Below are positions 9,644 to 21,684 of a DNA stretch of 64,000 nucleotides, piece after piece. The stretch spans positions 128,001-192,000 of IMG/VR virus record IMGVR_UViG_3300042090_001530; one strand, given 5' to 3'. A model generated the notes under the pieces. The model was given only the letters and a program-made list of their open reading frames with translations. It was not told the origin of the DNA and did no database searches. Both the position numbers and the translations under genes were made by a program. Every line of letters starts with the position of its first letter. The stretch's first letter is position 1. The DNA comes from a virus. Taxonomy: Duplodnaviria; Caudoviricetes.

Positions 9644-12600
9644 CGGCCCGCTCCGCTCCGATCGGCGAATGCAGCAACTCCCGCAGACGCGCAAGAAGTT
9701 GCTCGTTCTCGACCCGGAGTTGCGTGGCGCCCTCGGTTCTGTCCGCCCACCTGAGCTCACGCTCCCACGCGGGCTCGACCTCGGACGGTTCGCCACCGAG
9801 GAACGTGCCGCGTGCGGTGACGGCGCACAGCCAGCTCAGGGCATCTTTCATCTCGCCAGCGGTGGGCGGCTCGTCCATCTGGTCAAGGTGCAGGATCCGC
9901 ATGAGGGTGGCAGTGTCCTCGGCAGGCCATCTTGCGTAGCCCATCCCGTCGCCTGGGTCTTCCTTTTCGACCTGTTCGGCGTTGAGCAGGTAGTACAGGT
10001 GGCGGAAGAACTTCTCGGCGATGTCCCGCTGCCGGTTGGCGTATCCACGCAGGGCGGACGCTTTCATGAAGTCGCTGAACTTGTCGGTTGGGCTACGGGG
10101 ATCGATGTCCGCGTCAGTCACTTGCGCCCTCTTCTCGGCGCGTCGCGGAGCACCGTGTGCGGCTGAACGAGGCTGATTATGTTGCCGAAGATGAGGTCTC
10201 CCAGCCAGCCGCCCGTCAAGTGATACTCGAGCGCATACGCCTTCAACCGCTCGCGGGCGAGCCACGTCTCATCGTCGACCGCGCCGCCCAGTTCGTAGAT
10301 CCTGGCTGCGGTCCACAACCTGTCGAACTCGTCCCCGCCGCGCGGGGGCGCTTCTATGGAGACGCCAGCATCGGCTGCGGCACGCAGCACGCTCGCGGCC
10401 ACGTCGGGCCTCAGGGTGCCGCTCACGGCCGGTCCTTCCGGTGCGGGCTGTCGAGCCGGACGTGCCCGTCGTCGAGCGGCCACGGCCAAGGGCACGTGCA
10501 GCCCTCGGGCGCCCACTGTGCGCGGGCGGTCGGGTGGCCGTCCTGTTCGTCGGCTTCGACGATCCGGGTGACGACGGAGGCGAGGATCGCGTCGGTCACG
10601 GGATCATGCGCCGGCGGCTGGGCAGCTTGCCGTGCAGGTACGACGGGCACGTGTGAGGCGACCGGTGGATGAACGTGCCAGACTCGTGCTGGTAGCAGCC
10701 GGTCGGCCGTTCCGGCGTCTCGGGCGCGTTGCTCTCGGCGGTCTGCGTGTCGGTGGTTTCGTCGCTCATTGAGACTCCTCGGGTGAACTGGTCATTCGTG
10801 CATCCATGGCGGGCAGGAGTGGGGACGCCCATGGATCCAAGATCCATCTACGTGTCGACACCCCGACAGGAACCGCTCGCGTGGCACGGTGGGCATCCGC
10901 ACCCTTGGCGGCGACGGTTGGCGCGCGCTCAACGGCTTCTCGATCTCGACATCCAACTCTCGGGCGATCGCGATCAGGGTTCGGTCCATCGTGAACGGCA
11001 CGTCGCAGGCGTAGCAACTATGCATGATGCCGTCGTTGTCGTGCTCGTCAACTACGGCCGTGACCGCCCGGAGCAGCATGCTGACAGTTGGCTCGTTGCC
11101 GTATTCCAGGCCGTCTTCCAGTTCGGCGAGGCGCTTGCGGATTACGGCTGGCGGCGTAGGCCCGTCGGCTTGCGCGTCGTCGTCTACGCTGTCCGGCTCG
11201 GGCACGGCCGCCATCATGGGGGCTCTCATCCCCGACTTGGCCGGGGCGTCGGCGTTGAAACTCGACTTCACGCCGAGCGCCTCATGCACGAGCGCGGCCA
11301 TGCTCAGGTCCGGGTCGGACGGGGTGCCGTACATGACGATGTTCGACAGGGTCTTGTTCACCGCGTCGCTGGCAGCCCGCTGGACGAGCCGCGCGGCTCG
11401 TTTCGCACTCGGGTTGTCGATCTCGGCTTGGAGTTCCCGGTTGCGTTCGCGGGCGCGGGCGAGTTCCGCGCGCGCCGCCCCGATCTTCGTGGCCATCTCG
11501 CCGTAGGTTCGCTGGTGGCCTTTGATGCGCCGTTGCAGGCTGTCGATCTGCTCGAGCACCCAATCTTCGTGGTATCCCCATTGGTTCAACCAGGGCCATG
11601 CGCCGACGTCGCGGTCGGTCAGCCGGTCCCCCTGCTTAAGATCGGGACCGTGGGAGGTGTCGGCGCAGTCGGGCGGGCAGCCTGCGTAGACGACGATCCA
11701 GGAGAGCGGCGGGAGGGGCTTGAGCGGGTCAGCGACGGCGATGATGTGCCCGCCGTTGGAGCGGCGCACGATCGGCCGGCCGTGCTTGTCCAGGTTCGAC
11801 GGGTGGAGCGGGGCAGGGCCGAGGAGCCCTTCGAAGGTGAGTGGCGGTTGCTGCTGATTGTCTGGCATGGTCACAGTCCCGTGATGATGTTCGAGATGAT
11901 GCCGGTCGGCGCGGTCGTGAACGGCGCGGTGAACATGCTGGAGCGGTAGAACTCGGCGAACCGGTCGACCGTAGGCAGCTTGATGATCTCGAGGTCCCGC
12001 GTGGTGTCGTCGTCGTAGACGAGCCGTAGATGCCGGGCGGCTATGTCGTTGTCCTCGATGACCGGCACGCCCGTGAATGCCGCGGCGCACAGCGGCCCAG
12101 GCTCGGCTTTCGGGAGCGCCGCAGCCAGGTAGGTGACGACGAACCAAGAGCCGCGGAGTTCCCGCAGGACCGGGCCGTGCGCGGCCCGGTGGCGTGCGAG
12201 CCGGTCGAGGAGTTCCGCGGTCGACGGCGGCGCGTCGGGGATGACGTACGACTCGGGCTCGCGGTCGAGCATGATCTCGGCGTACCCGCACACGTACTCG
12301 GTCGCGGCCTGGTCGATGACGGCCTGCGGGTCGGTCGGTGGCCAGACCCGCCACTCGATCGGTTCGCCGGCTGCGGCGGCCTGCATGGCGCGGACGAATC
12401 GCGCCTCGACGTTGAGCCGCCAGATCAGCCGCTCGAACTTGTCGAGCAGCAGCCGGCGGCGCTCGCGGTCCTCAGCGGTCAGCACTTCAGCTCGCTCATC
12501 GCCTTGAGGCAATCATGTCGGCCCTCGCCCTTCCGCTCGGGACAGCCACAGCGCTGGCACAGCGGCCACGCATGCTCGATCGGGCCGTCCTCGCCCCAGA

Positions 12601-13346
12601 CGATGACGGTCGGGTAACGGTCGTACTCGTCGGTCTGATAGCTGAGGACGGTGCCGCGCGGCCACGATTCGGCTTGGATCGCATCGAGCACGCCGAGGTT
12701 CAGCCGGTTGACCGCGATGTGGAACACGATCGAGTTCGAGGCGCGCGTGCCCGTGTTCTCGACCGGCTCGGGCCGGTACGCCTCGGTGCCGCCGCCGAAG
12801 AATCCGATCGGGTACCGCTCGAAGATGTCGGCGAACCTGTCCGCGTGACCGTTGAACGTGGCTGGGATCACGAACACGACGTCAGTGATAGTGCTCACCG
12901 ATCACCCCCGGGGACGTCGCGACCCGGCAGCTCGCCGAGCAGTCCTTGCATCGTCCGCTCGACCAGCGCCGCGAACTCGGCCGGGTCGGACGTCATGACT
13001 TGGGCGTAGACGTCGGCGTCGGCGGTTCGGGACTTGCGGCGCAGCGTGTTACGGAACGGCTCGGACACGAGCACGATGCGCGGAGGCTTCCAGTCGAGCG
13101 GCCAGACCTCCCAGCCGCACGTGTCCTCGATCGCCTCGACGAGCATGTTGTAGGCCTCGGCGTCCATCCAGCCTTCGCCGGTTAGTAGCCAGTACACGTG
13201 GCCGTCATGGCACGACTCGTAGACTTCGCGGACGTTGGTGGGGTTGTCCGGGTCGATGCCGCACTGCTCGAGGAACCCGCGGCCCCAGCCAGGCTCGGGC
13301 GGCCATTGGTCAGGATCGGCATAGGCGGGCTGGGGGATCGCGTCGG

Positions 13347-13853
13347 TCACCGCGCCACCTGCTTGTTGTCGAGCGCGTCGCGCACCTCGTCGACGTTGAA
13401 TCGTCGGTGCCCGCCGAGCGTCCAACTGTGCGGGATCCTGCCCTGGCGGGCGTACGAGCCGACTACCGACGCCCCGACGCCGAGAGCCTTAGCAACCTCT
13501 GCTGCAGTCGCACGGCGGTCCACGTGCGCGGCCGGGGGCGGCTGTGGAGTCTCGGACAGTAGGGCGCGGAGCCGGATGACTTCCGTGAACCACTCCTCCA
13601 GCGCGTGTGTCTCGAGGTGCTCGCGCAGAATGCCCTCGACGCGCATCACTTCGGCGCGGACAGTGGCGTAGACCATGGCCCCCATCGGGTCGCCGTCGTA
13701 TTCGGCGAGCGGGGTCGCGTCCGGCTCGACGAACGCCGGAGTGGCCCAGTCGTCCAACCCCGACGGCTTGTCAAAATGCCAGCCGCAGGCTTCGATCGGG
13801 CATTGGCGGCAGGTCGCGACCCCGGGCGGGTGCACATACGTCTCGTCAAGCAC
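13347..13853 (-). CDS. Zn-binding domain fused to a BldC/MerR-like (excisionase-type) winged HTH
   Basis: C-terminus ATAAEVAKALGVGASVVGSYARQGRIPHSWTLGGHRRFNVDEVRDAL resembles the BldC TLGGHRRY motif; start GTG 13853 uncertain. Confidence 0.7.
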   Translation of the reverse strand: MLDETYVHPPGVATCRQCPIEACGWHFDKPSGLDDWATPAFVEPDATPLAEYDGDPMGAMVYATVRAEVMRVEGILREHLETHALEEWFTEVIRLRALLSETPQPPPAAHVDRRATAAEVAKALGVGASVVGSYARQGRIPHSWTLGGHRRFNVDEVRDALDNKQVAR

Positions 13854-15881
13854 GGGCCCACCCCGCTGCAATAAGGAGCTCGCGGGCGTCGCCACGGCTA
13901 TCGGTCCACCACGGCTCGCGGCCCAGCAGCTTGTAGCAGTCGCTAAGGACGCCGGGCTCGGCCTTCGGCGGGTCGATCCACATGCCGCGCAGGACGACGA
14001 CCGGCTCGAGTCTGAACCCGATCCGCCGCCAGTAGACGTGCTCGACGTGCCAAAGCTGGCCCTCACCGTCCTCGTCCGGATCAACCCATAATGGGACGCG
14101 GTTGCCCGGCGTCGGCAGGAAGTCCGCTACGAGATCGAGCGTGTAGAGATCGAGGTCTTGGCTCTCGCCGCTGTATACGGCTAGGGATAGCCGCACGATG
14201 CCGGACATCAGCTAGCCTCCTGATCCTCGGCGCGCACCGGTTCTCCAGACGCGTACGGTCGGGCGAGGAACGCGGGCACGAAGTCCCCGTAGTGCACGCC
14301 GTCCGCGAACCTGGGCGTGAACCACCTGGCCAACTCGACCACGTACGGCCCGGTGCCGCGCACGTTGCCGACGTAGGCGACCTGTGGCACGCCGACCTGC
14401 TCGGAGCCGATGAACAGGCGCTGGCCGCGGCGGACGGGCTCGACGAGTTCGATCGTGTCCGTCTCGGCTAGGGCGGCACTGCGCAGGAAGTTCGGGCGGT
14501 CAGTCATGGCCTGGCACCTCCTCGGACTGGCCGACGGTGCCGCCCGCGCGCCGGACGCGCTTGCGGAACACGCTGAACGTGACCCCGGCCGGGATGACGA
14601 CGGGTATCTCCGGTTGGGCGGTCTCGGTCCACAGCCACGGGATCTTCCCGCCGTTGATCATCTCGACGCTGTAGGGCGTGTTGAACGCGATGCTGCGCGG
14701 AGTCTCGAACGGGCCGGTGAACTCGACCATGAAGATCTGCCACGGCGGCTCCGGATTCGGCACCCACGCGTAACTGCCGTCCGGCTGCTTCGTGTACCGC
14801 CGGGCGTCCCACGTGTACGGGCTGCCGGCGTTGCAGTCGTACGGGGCGTCGTTCCAATCGTCACCCCACTGCTTCTCGAGCTCCTGGGTGGTGAAGTAAG
14901 CGAGCCGGTGGCCGCGCGTTGACTCGTAGACGTAGCAGAGGGCCGCGTTGCGTACGGCGCGGCTAAGCATCGGCGGCCTCTGTGCTCTCGGGCGGCGCAT
15001 GATGCCCCCGCTGGTATTCGCGTCCCTTGGCCGAGACCTCAAGGTTCCCGCGGCACCCACACGAACAGCCCGCGACGAGGCCCTTGTGGACGAGCCGCCG
15101 GATTTTCGAGAGCACGACTTTCGACGGCGTGTCGGGCCAGCTGCGCGCCGACTCGGCAGTGCCGACCGCCTCCGGGTGGCCGGCGAGCACGGAGGCCACG
15201 TCCCACCGACTGGCTGCGGTGAACGTGTGCCCGGTCAGTTCGGTGCGGCGCCGGTTCGCCTCGTCGATCGCGTCCAGGAACGCGACGTCGGGAATGTCAG
15301 CGGCCTTCACGTGCCACCGCCAGCCTGCTCGGTGTTGGCGACTGCTTCGTCCCACCTGAACCCACAGATCATGCACAGGCGCCCGAGCCATTCGTCGGGC
15401 CACCACGGTGCTATCCCGGTCGCTGACGGATACGGGCGCCAGTCCGCGCCGCCGCTGAAGTAGCCCGCATACCAAGGGCCGTTCTCGCCGAGCAGCCCGA
15501 TCTGCCGCTGCGGGTCGGTTAGCGCGCGAAGGTATCGCGTCTGCGCACAGGAGCACCCGCACTTCGGACAGGCCCCGTCCTTGCCGGAGAACGGCGGCAG
15601 GCCGGGGCGCGGATCCTCGGGTGCAGGGGCGTCGTCGACTTCGACGCGTACCGGGCTGCCTGCGGCGTGCGCTCGGGCGAGCACTACGCGGTCGCTGTAC
15701 GGCTGGCCGTAGCCGAGCCGCACCACCGGGATCTCGTCGTCCGAGCACAGGTACACCGGGACGGTCTCAGCGGCGGCCGTGTCCGGTGACAGGGTGATCC
15801 GGCACGGGGCTGGCACCGGCTCGTTCAGGTGGACGTATCCGGCGCCGGGGCGCACGCTGTTCGCCAGCGTCGTCGGCCCGC

Positions 15882-16184
15882 TCACCGGTTCGCCGCCTCT
15901 CGGATCACGTCGAGTCGCTCGCGCAGATCGCGGGCTTCGGCCTCTGCCGCGATCGCCCGCTTCAGCGCGTCGAGGTATCTCCGTTCCGTCTCCTCATCCA
16001 CGCCCTTGCGCCGAGCCTCATGCACCTGCCGCGCCGTATCGGCAGGCAGCCCGCACCTAGGGCACGGCTGGCCGTCGCGGAACGCGGCGAGGATGTCCGA
16101 GAGGTAGTTGCCGCAGCCTGGGCACTCGATCCGGCCGTAGTCGCGGGCTTCCTCGAACACGTCAGTCGTTGAAGTGGTACTCAC
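15882..16184 (-). CDS. Double-CxxC Zn finger + coiled-coil protein
   Basis: CPGC...CPRC then a heptad-rich helix; paralog of next ORF. Confidence 0.65.
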   Translation of the reverse strand: MSTTSTTDVFEEARDYGRIECPGCGNYLSDILAAFRDGQPCPRCGLPADTARQVHEARRKGVDEETERRYLDALKRAIAAEAEARDLRERLDVIREAANR

Positions 16185-16473
16185 GTTCGCGCCCCTCCCA
16201 GTCGAAGGCTCCCAGGTAGCTGCGCAGCCGGGCGAGCTTCCGCTTCAGGTTCGTGGCCTCCGCCTCGGCCTTCCCGGCCCGGACGGCGAGTTCCTCGAAC
16301 TTCGCGGTCACCTCGGCCGACGCGTGCGTCTCGCGGACCCGGTAGATCTCACGGAGCGTCTCGCCCGCCAGTCCGCACGTCGGGCACGCGTCCGGGTAGG
16401 CGTCGCCGTCGTACACCTCAGCGAGCGCGGACAGGTGCGACTGGCAGGACGGGCACGTGAACTTGCGGGTCAC
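16162..16473 (-). CDS. Double-CxxC Zn finger + coiled-coil protein
   Basis: CPSC...CPTC then a heptad-rich helix. Confidence 0.65.
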   Translation of the reverse strand: MTRKFTCPSCQSHLSALAEVYDGDAYPDACPTCGLAGETLREIYRVRETHASAEVTAKFEELAVRAGKAEAEATNLKRKLARLRSYLGAFDWEGREREYHFND

Positions 16474-19400
16474 GACAGCGCCCCGATCGCCGCGTCGAAC
16501 AGTTCGTTCGCACGCCGCTTGTCATAATCCTTGACGTAGTAGCCGTCGTCGAAGTACTCCATGTCCAACAGCCCTCCGGCAGCGAACGCGATGAAAAGCC
16601 TCGTGTCCCAGTCAGAGCTGCCCCACGGGGATTTGAGGCCCTTGGCGGCCCGAAGCAGAGCGATCAGGTATTCGCGCACCGTGGAGGCGTTGACGTCGTT
16701 CGGGCCCATGGGCAGGCCGAGGATCAGTGCGCCGTCCGGTTCCTGCCGCGGGTCGCGCTGCACGACGACTGACGGTTCGTCGATGCGGATGGAGGTGATC
16801 GTGTCGCCGGCGCGTAGTTCGAAGCCGGCGTAGTCATTCGGGCTGGGCTCGATGGTCCAGGTGCCGTCGCGCCACACCGGCTCGTATCGGCCGCGCTCGG
16901 TGGCGGTGAACGGTTCGGTGAGGGGGATTTCGAAGTCAGCCATCAGCGTCTCCGTGCGTTGGTTCCGTGGCGGGGAGTAGTCCGGCGTCGTCGAGCATCC
17001 CGAGCGCCCGCCTGGCCGCCGCGTCCGGGTAGGGCGCGCCGCCGGGCTGATGGTCGACCGCGCGCCGGCCGAGCGAGACGTACGTGGCGACCTGTACGAG
17101 CGCGTCGAACGCCTCACGGGGTACGGCGACGTAGCCGCTCTCCCGGCTCACTCCGCGCTCAATTCGAAGTGCAGCCCAAGCTCGGTGATGACGGCGCTCG
17201 CCCCCGGCATCAGGCCGTCGAGGACGGTCGGGTTCGCGTTGATGTAGGCAGTGACCGCCTTCGCGTTTCCGAGAACCCGTGCGGCGGCGGCATCGTTCTC
17301 GCGCTGGATCTCCTCCATGACGCGGTCGTACGCCTCCCAGTAGGCCTGCTCTTCCGGGGTCATGTCGTCGAGCCCGAACACGGCCTCGATCCGCAGCTTC
17401 AGGTGCCCGGCGTACGCGTCGTCAGTCATCGGCCGCCTCGTCCTCGTTCAACTGGTCTTCGTCGAAGGCCGGGATGCCGTGCAGGTTCGCCGTCAGCTTG
17501 GCGCTCGGGCCGTACACGTCGTTCCGGTGGCACCGGCACGGGCACACCCCGAGGACGCTGGTCCTGCTCAGCACCGTGCCCCAGCCGATCGGATTTGGCT
17601 CCACGGCGCCAGCGGAGCGGATAATGAACCCGGCGGTACAGCGCGGCCACACCTCGTCCTGATGGTCCCTGTCGCTGTCACGGCAGCGCTCCAGGTCGTG
17701 CTTGTCGCCCGGCTTGACGATGAACACCTTGCCGCGCAGGTACCGGTACGACTCCTCATCGGCGGTCGCGACCGCGCCGAAGCTGCGCTCGATGAAGTAC
17801 TTCACGAAGTGCTCGAACCGGTCCGTGTCGGTGCCGCCGAACTGAAGGTCCAGCAGCATCGGGTCGAGATGCGTCTCGCGCGACGTGAACCGGCGTCCGT
17901 CAATGCGCACGGACACTTCCATCAGGACGTTCGACTCATGCCACGCCGGGCGCCCGGTATGCGGGTCGTAGACGCCGGGGTAGGGTGCCCGGGACGGACC
18001 GGTGGGCCAGCGCACGACCTGCCCGGCGACGGCCCGCATGTGCTCGTCGCCACCGGCTTCGGCGTCCTGGATCAGCCGTAGGACGTCGCGTTCGCTACCG
18101 CCGTCCGTGCCGAGGCGACGGGCGCGCTCGGACAACTCCTCGGGAGTGGGGCCGGACTCAGTCATCGTCGTCCCCTTTGCAGAGCAGCGTCCCGGATTCC
18201 TGGAAGCCGCAGGTCCTGCACGCCTCCTGGAAGTTGCACTGCCGCCGAGCGCCTTCGTGGTCGTGGAAGTCGTGATGCGCCATCGGTCCGCAGCCTTGCG
18301 GACACTCCCGTTCGATCACGGGCCGCAGCGGGGCTGACTCGCAGACCTCGGGCCACCGGTAGTAGTCGTTCGCGTCGTCATCGTCGAGGAACCACGCGAA
18401 GCCCCACGCGTCGCTCCGAAACCAGAGCCGGCCGTGTCGGTCCACGACGCGGGTAAGCGGGGGCGGTTCGGCGCAGCCGAGGGGGAGCGGTTCGCCGAGG
18501 CTAAGCATCGATCTCCTTCGGTCGCAGGACTTCGCCGTCCACGAACTCGGGCTGAACGGACGCGACCTTGACGTAGCCTTCGCTCTCGCCGTCAGTGGTT
18601 ACCGACAGGTAGACCGAGAGCCCTGGCGTGTGCCACTCCCAGCAGCGGCTGCCGTCGTCGCCGACGCCTTCGGACGGGGCCGTGGTGACGACGAGATGCC
18701 GGGCGCCGTCGCGGGCATGCTCGGGCACGCCCAGGCCGGCGAGGAACGCGGCTGCGAGCGGCGTATTCGCGGCCGTCGAGCATTCGGCCGGCGGCACCGG
18801 CGCGACGCTGAGGAGGTCGACTGGGCGGAAGACGTCGCGGGGGTTAGTCATCGCAATCTCCGGGTGCAACCAGTTCGAGCAGCCGCTGCTCCCAGGACGC
18901 GTGCAGCGTGTTGACGTTGTCGCCAGCGAGTTGGCCTGCCTCGCCTGCCTGCGCCACGACGCCGCCGAGTTCGTTCAGGCCCGCGCCGTCGGCGGTGCGG
19001 ATCCGGTACTCCAGTTCGGTGAACGCGTCCGGCCCGGACGGCGGCGCTGGCTCAGCGCCTTTGGGCGCGACCAGCCTGCCGAGCCGCGCCGACCAGGCTT
19101 CGCACAACTCGAGGTCTTGGTCGCGGGTGAGACTCTGGCCGAGCCACGCCTCACGGATCTCGATCCACAACGGTCCGAGTGCCGCACCGTCGGCCGCCTT
19201 GATCCGGGTGAGCAGCGCGTTGAACAGCGCCGTGTCCGGGCGCCACGTGAAGTCGTGCGTCCATGCCGCCAGGATCTCGCCGAACACCTGGCCGAAGGCT
19301 TCGGGGAACGGTATGGGCTCAGTCATCGACCTTCACCACCGTCACGGGCCCGGTTTCGCACACTCGCGTCCACGATTCCGGTTCGAAGTAGTCGACGTCG

Positions 19401-20198
19401 GTCTTCTCCCAGTTCGCGGCACCGTCATGGTCGCCATCGTCCGTCCGCCGCCACAGCCGACCGCTGGCGTCTCGAACCGTGACCCAGTGCCCGGGCTCGG
19501 GGTCGCCCGCGGTGAGTACGTCGCCGACGTTCGGCGGCACCCGGTCCTCCCAAGGAAACGGGGTCGAGTCGTTGACCCGGAACAGCCCGCCGACCATCGC
19601 GTGCGGGCGGATGACCGGTCCGAGGCTCTCAGCCATCGGCCACCGCCGTCGATTCGACGATCTCGTACTTGAGCGACTGGACCAGCCGCCCCTTGAACTG
19701 ACGCACCCGCAGGCCGGTCACGACGCAGCGCGTGAGCTCAGGCGTGCCGGACTCCCAGTCGGTGAAGTCGAACTCGAGCGGCTCATCGAGCAGCGCGTAG
19801 TTCGCGGTGAATTCGTGGAGCAGTCCGCGGAGAGTCGGCGGCTTGTCAGTCATCCTCGCGCTCCGCTTCAGCGGCCGCCGCCGGGCATCCGAGCCACGGC
19901 CAGTGCACGAGGCTCAGGTTGACGTTCGTCGGCCCGGTCTCGGTGCGTTCGGGATGGAAGTACGCGCCACTGTGCATGTCGGCCTTCTCGAGTCCGTACC
20001 AGTGCCCGTTGAGCGTGATGAACGAGCCGCCTGTGAGGCCGTGGAGGTCGATGTCGTGGTGAGCGCCGAGGTGTTCGACGCGGGCGGTGAGGGGTTGACG
20101 CTTCGCTGAGTCCGGCACGCGACCAGTGTGCCGTATTACGTCCTACCATCACACGTCTTACGGCTACCATCGGACGCAGTCTCAGAAAGGGGTCACCA

Positions 20199-20933
20199 GT
20201 GGCCAAGCTGTGCCAGATCGTCGCCGTCGAGAAGTCGGTGAAGTCCAAGTCGTTCGCGGACCTCACCGAAGCGCATCACGCGTTGCAGAAGCCCGCGCTG
20301 CTCGCCGGGATCTCCCGCACCTACCAGCCCAAGGACGAGGAAGGCGACACGTTCCCGCCCGAGTCCACGAAGGTCCAGGTGCGCGCCGAGGACGTGATCG
20401 AACGCACCGCGGCGAACCTCACCCGGCTGTTCGACGTGACCGCAACGAAGGAGTGGGCGAACTGCACGGCCCGGGCGGACGTGAAGCTCCCGGACGGCAC
20501 GGTGCTCGTGCACCAGGCGCCGGTCACGTACCTGCTGTTCCTGGAGAAGCAACTGGTCGACCTGGCGACGTTCGTGAAGAAGCTGCCGGTGCTCGACGCG
20601 GCCGAGTCGTGGGAGCACGACCCTGCGTCCAACGCGTGGCGCACCCCCGCGGTGCAGACGAACCGGTCGAAGAAGGTCTACCGCAACCACATCAAGGCCG
20701 AAGCCACCGATAAGCACCCGGCTCAGGTCGAGACGTACACCGAAGACGTGACCGCCGGGCACTGGACGACCACGAAGTTCTCCGGCGCCCTGCCGGCGAC
20801 GCGGGTTAAGGAGCTCGCCGAGCGGGTGGAGACGCTGCACCACGCCGTGAAGTTCGCGCGCGAGGAGGCCAACGGGGCCGAGGTGACGGATCGTCTGGTC
20901 GGCGAGGCCGTGTTCGGTTACCTGTTCGCGTGA
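20199..20933 (+). CDS. Conserved uncharacterised protein (244 aa; recalled as DUF7873-like, unverified) upstream of a tRNA-like ncRNA
   Basis: GTG start with AAAGGGG RBS; high-GC3 coding pattern; MAKLCQIVAVEK...SRTYQPKDEEG...YLLFLEKQL...KFAREEAN. Confidence 0.8.
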   Translation: MAKLCQIVAVEKSVKSKSFADLTEAHHALQKPALLAGISRTYQPKDEEGDTFPPESTKVQVRAEDVIERTAANLTRLFDVTATKEWANCTARADVKLPDGTVLVHQAPVTYLLFLEKQLVDLATFVKKLPVLDAAESWEHDPASNAWRTPAVQTNRSKKVYRNHIKAEATDKHPAQVETYTEDVTAGHWTTTKFSGALPATRVKELAERVETLHHAVKFAREEANGAEVTDRLVGEAVFGYLFA

Positions 20934-20939
20934 TGGTCT

Positions 20940-21330
20940 AGGATCTGCTGCGAGCGCAGGTTGAGGCTAAGGCTGAAACTGACGGATCGCTCGACGAGGT
21001 TGCAGGTTCGAGTCCTGCTCTGCGCACTCCGGGCGCAGATGGCCCAATTGGTAGAGGCGCGTCGGGTTCCACCCAGGTTGAGGCTCTCGCTCCAGGCTCG
21101 CGTATCGCAGTCGATCGCCCGATCGAATGGATTGCCGCTGAGACCGCCAGGTTGTTGGTTCGATCCCAACGCGAGGCTCTTCGTGCCTCGCTAGCTCAAT
21201 CGGCAGAGCAGGCGCTTCAAGGTGACGGTGTTCCTTAAACGTCGCGGGTGTGACAAATGGCTGTCAACTGACTCGATATCAGTGATTGGGACCCTCGGGA
21301 TGGATATGGCCCGGGGGTTCCGCCATGTCC
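20940..21330 (+). ncRNA. Structured ncRNA with two tandem circularly permuted tRNA-like modules (20992-21064, 21145-21214); ends approximate
   Basis: Each module runs anticodon-stem 3' strand, AGGTT, 5-bp T stem with TTCGA loop, perfect 7-bp acceptor stem closed by a 7-nt loop, D arm, anticodon-stem 5' strand. The stems pair with different sequences in the two copies. Confidence 0.8.
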
Positions 21331-21389
21331 GGGCAACCGTCGCCGGACAGGCTCGGACACCACCGGACAGCGCCCCGTACGCTGTTCGC

Positions 21390-21683
21390 ATGTGCCGTTA
21401 CGCGATGAGCGACTATCGGACGCACTTCGTGTGCACGTTGTGCCGCCGCTCGTTCAAGCACGAGCCCGGTAGTGAGCAGCGCTGCCCTGGCTGCCGCGGG
21501 CCGATGGTGGATGCGGGCCGGGACCTTGAGGTGCCGCGGCGTGGTGACGTGGCCGGGTGGCGTGCGCTGGCCGCAGTGCTCGACGCGGGGCTGACGTTCC
21601 ATTCGTGCGGCTGCAACGGGCCCGGCTACCGGCCGAGAACGCCGGCCGCAGCCCGGCAGGTGGCATTCGCCAGCCGTAGATAG
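21390..21683 (+). CDS. Zn-finger protein (CxxC...CxxC...HSCGC)
   Basis: MCRYAMSDYRTHFVCTLCRRSFK...CPGC...PRRGD...GPGYRPRT. Confidence 0.7.
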   Translation: MCRYAMSDYRTHFVCTLCRRSFKHEPGSEQRCPGCRGPMVDAGRDLEVPRRGDVAGWRALAAVLDAGLTFHSCGCNGPGYRPRTPAAARQVAFASRR

Positions 21684-21684
21684 C

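Noticed and set aside
20870-20882. Self-targeting by spacer 4 (CAACGGGGCCGAG matches the 20199 gene)
   Set aside because: Only 13 of 32 nt match and the rest diverges, which is expected by chance in 64 kb of high-GC DNA.
21033-21177. Canonical (intron-containing) tRNA from GCGCAGA to GCGAGGC
   Set aside because: The 5' and 3' acceptor strands do not pair with each other. Each pairs perfectly within its own permuted module, and there is no anticodon loop or CCA.
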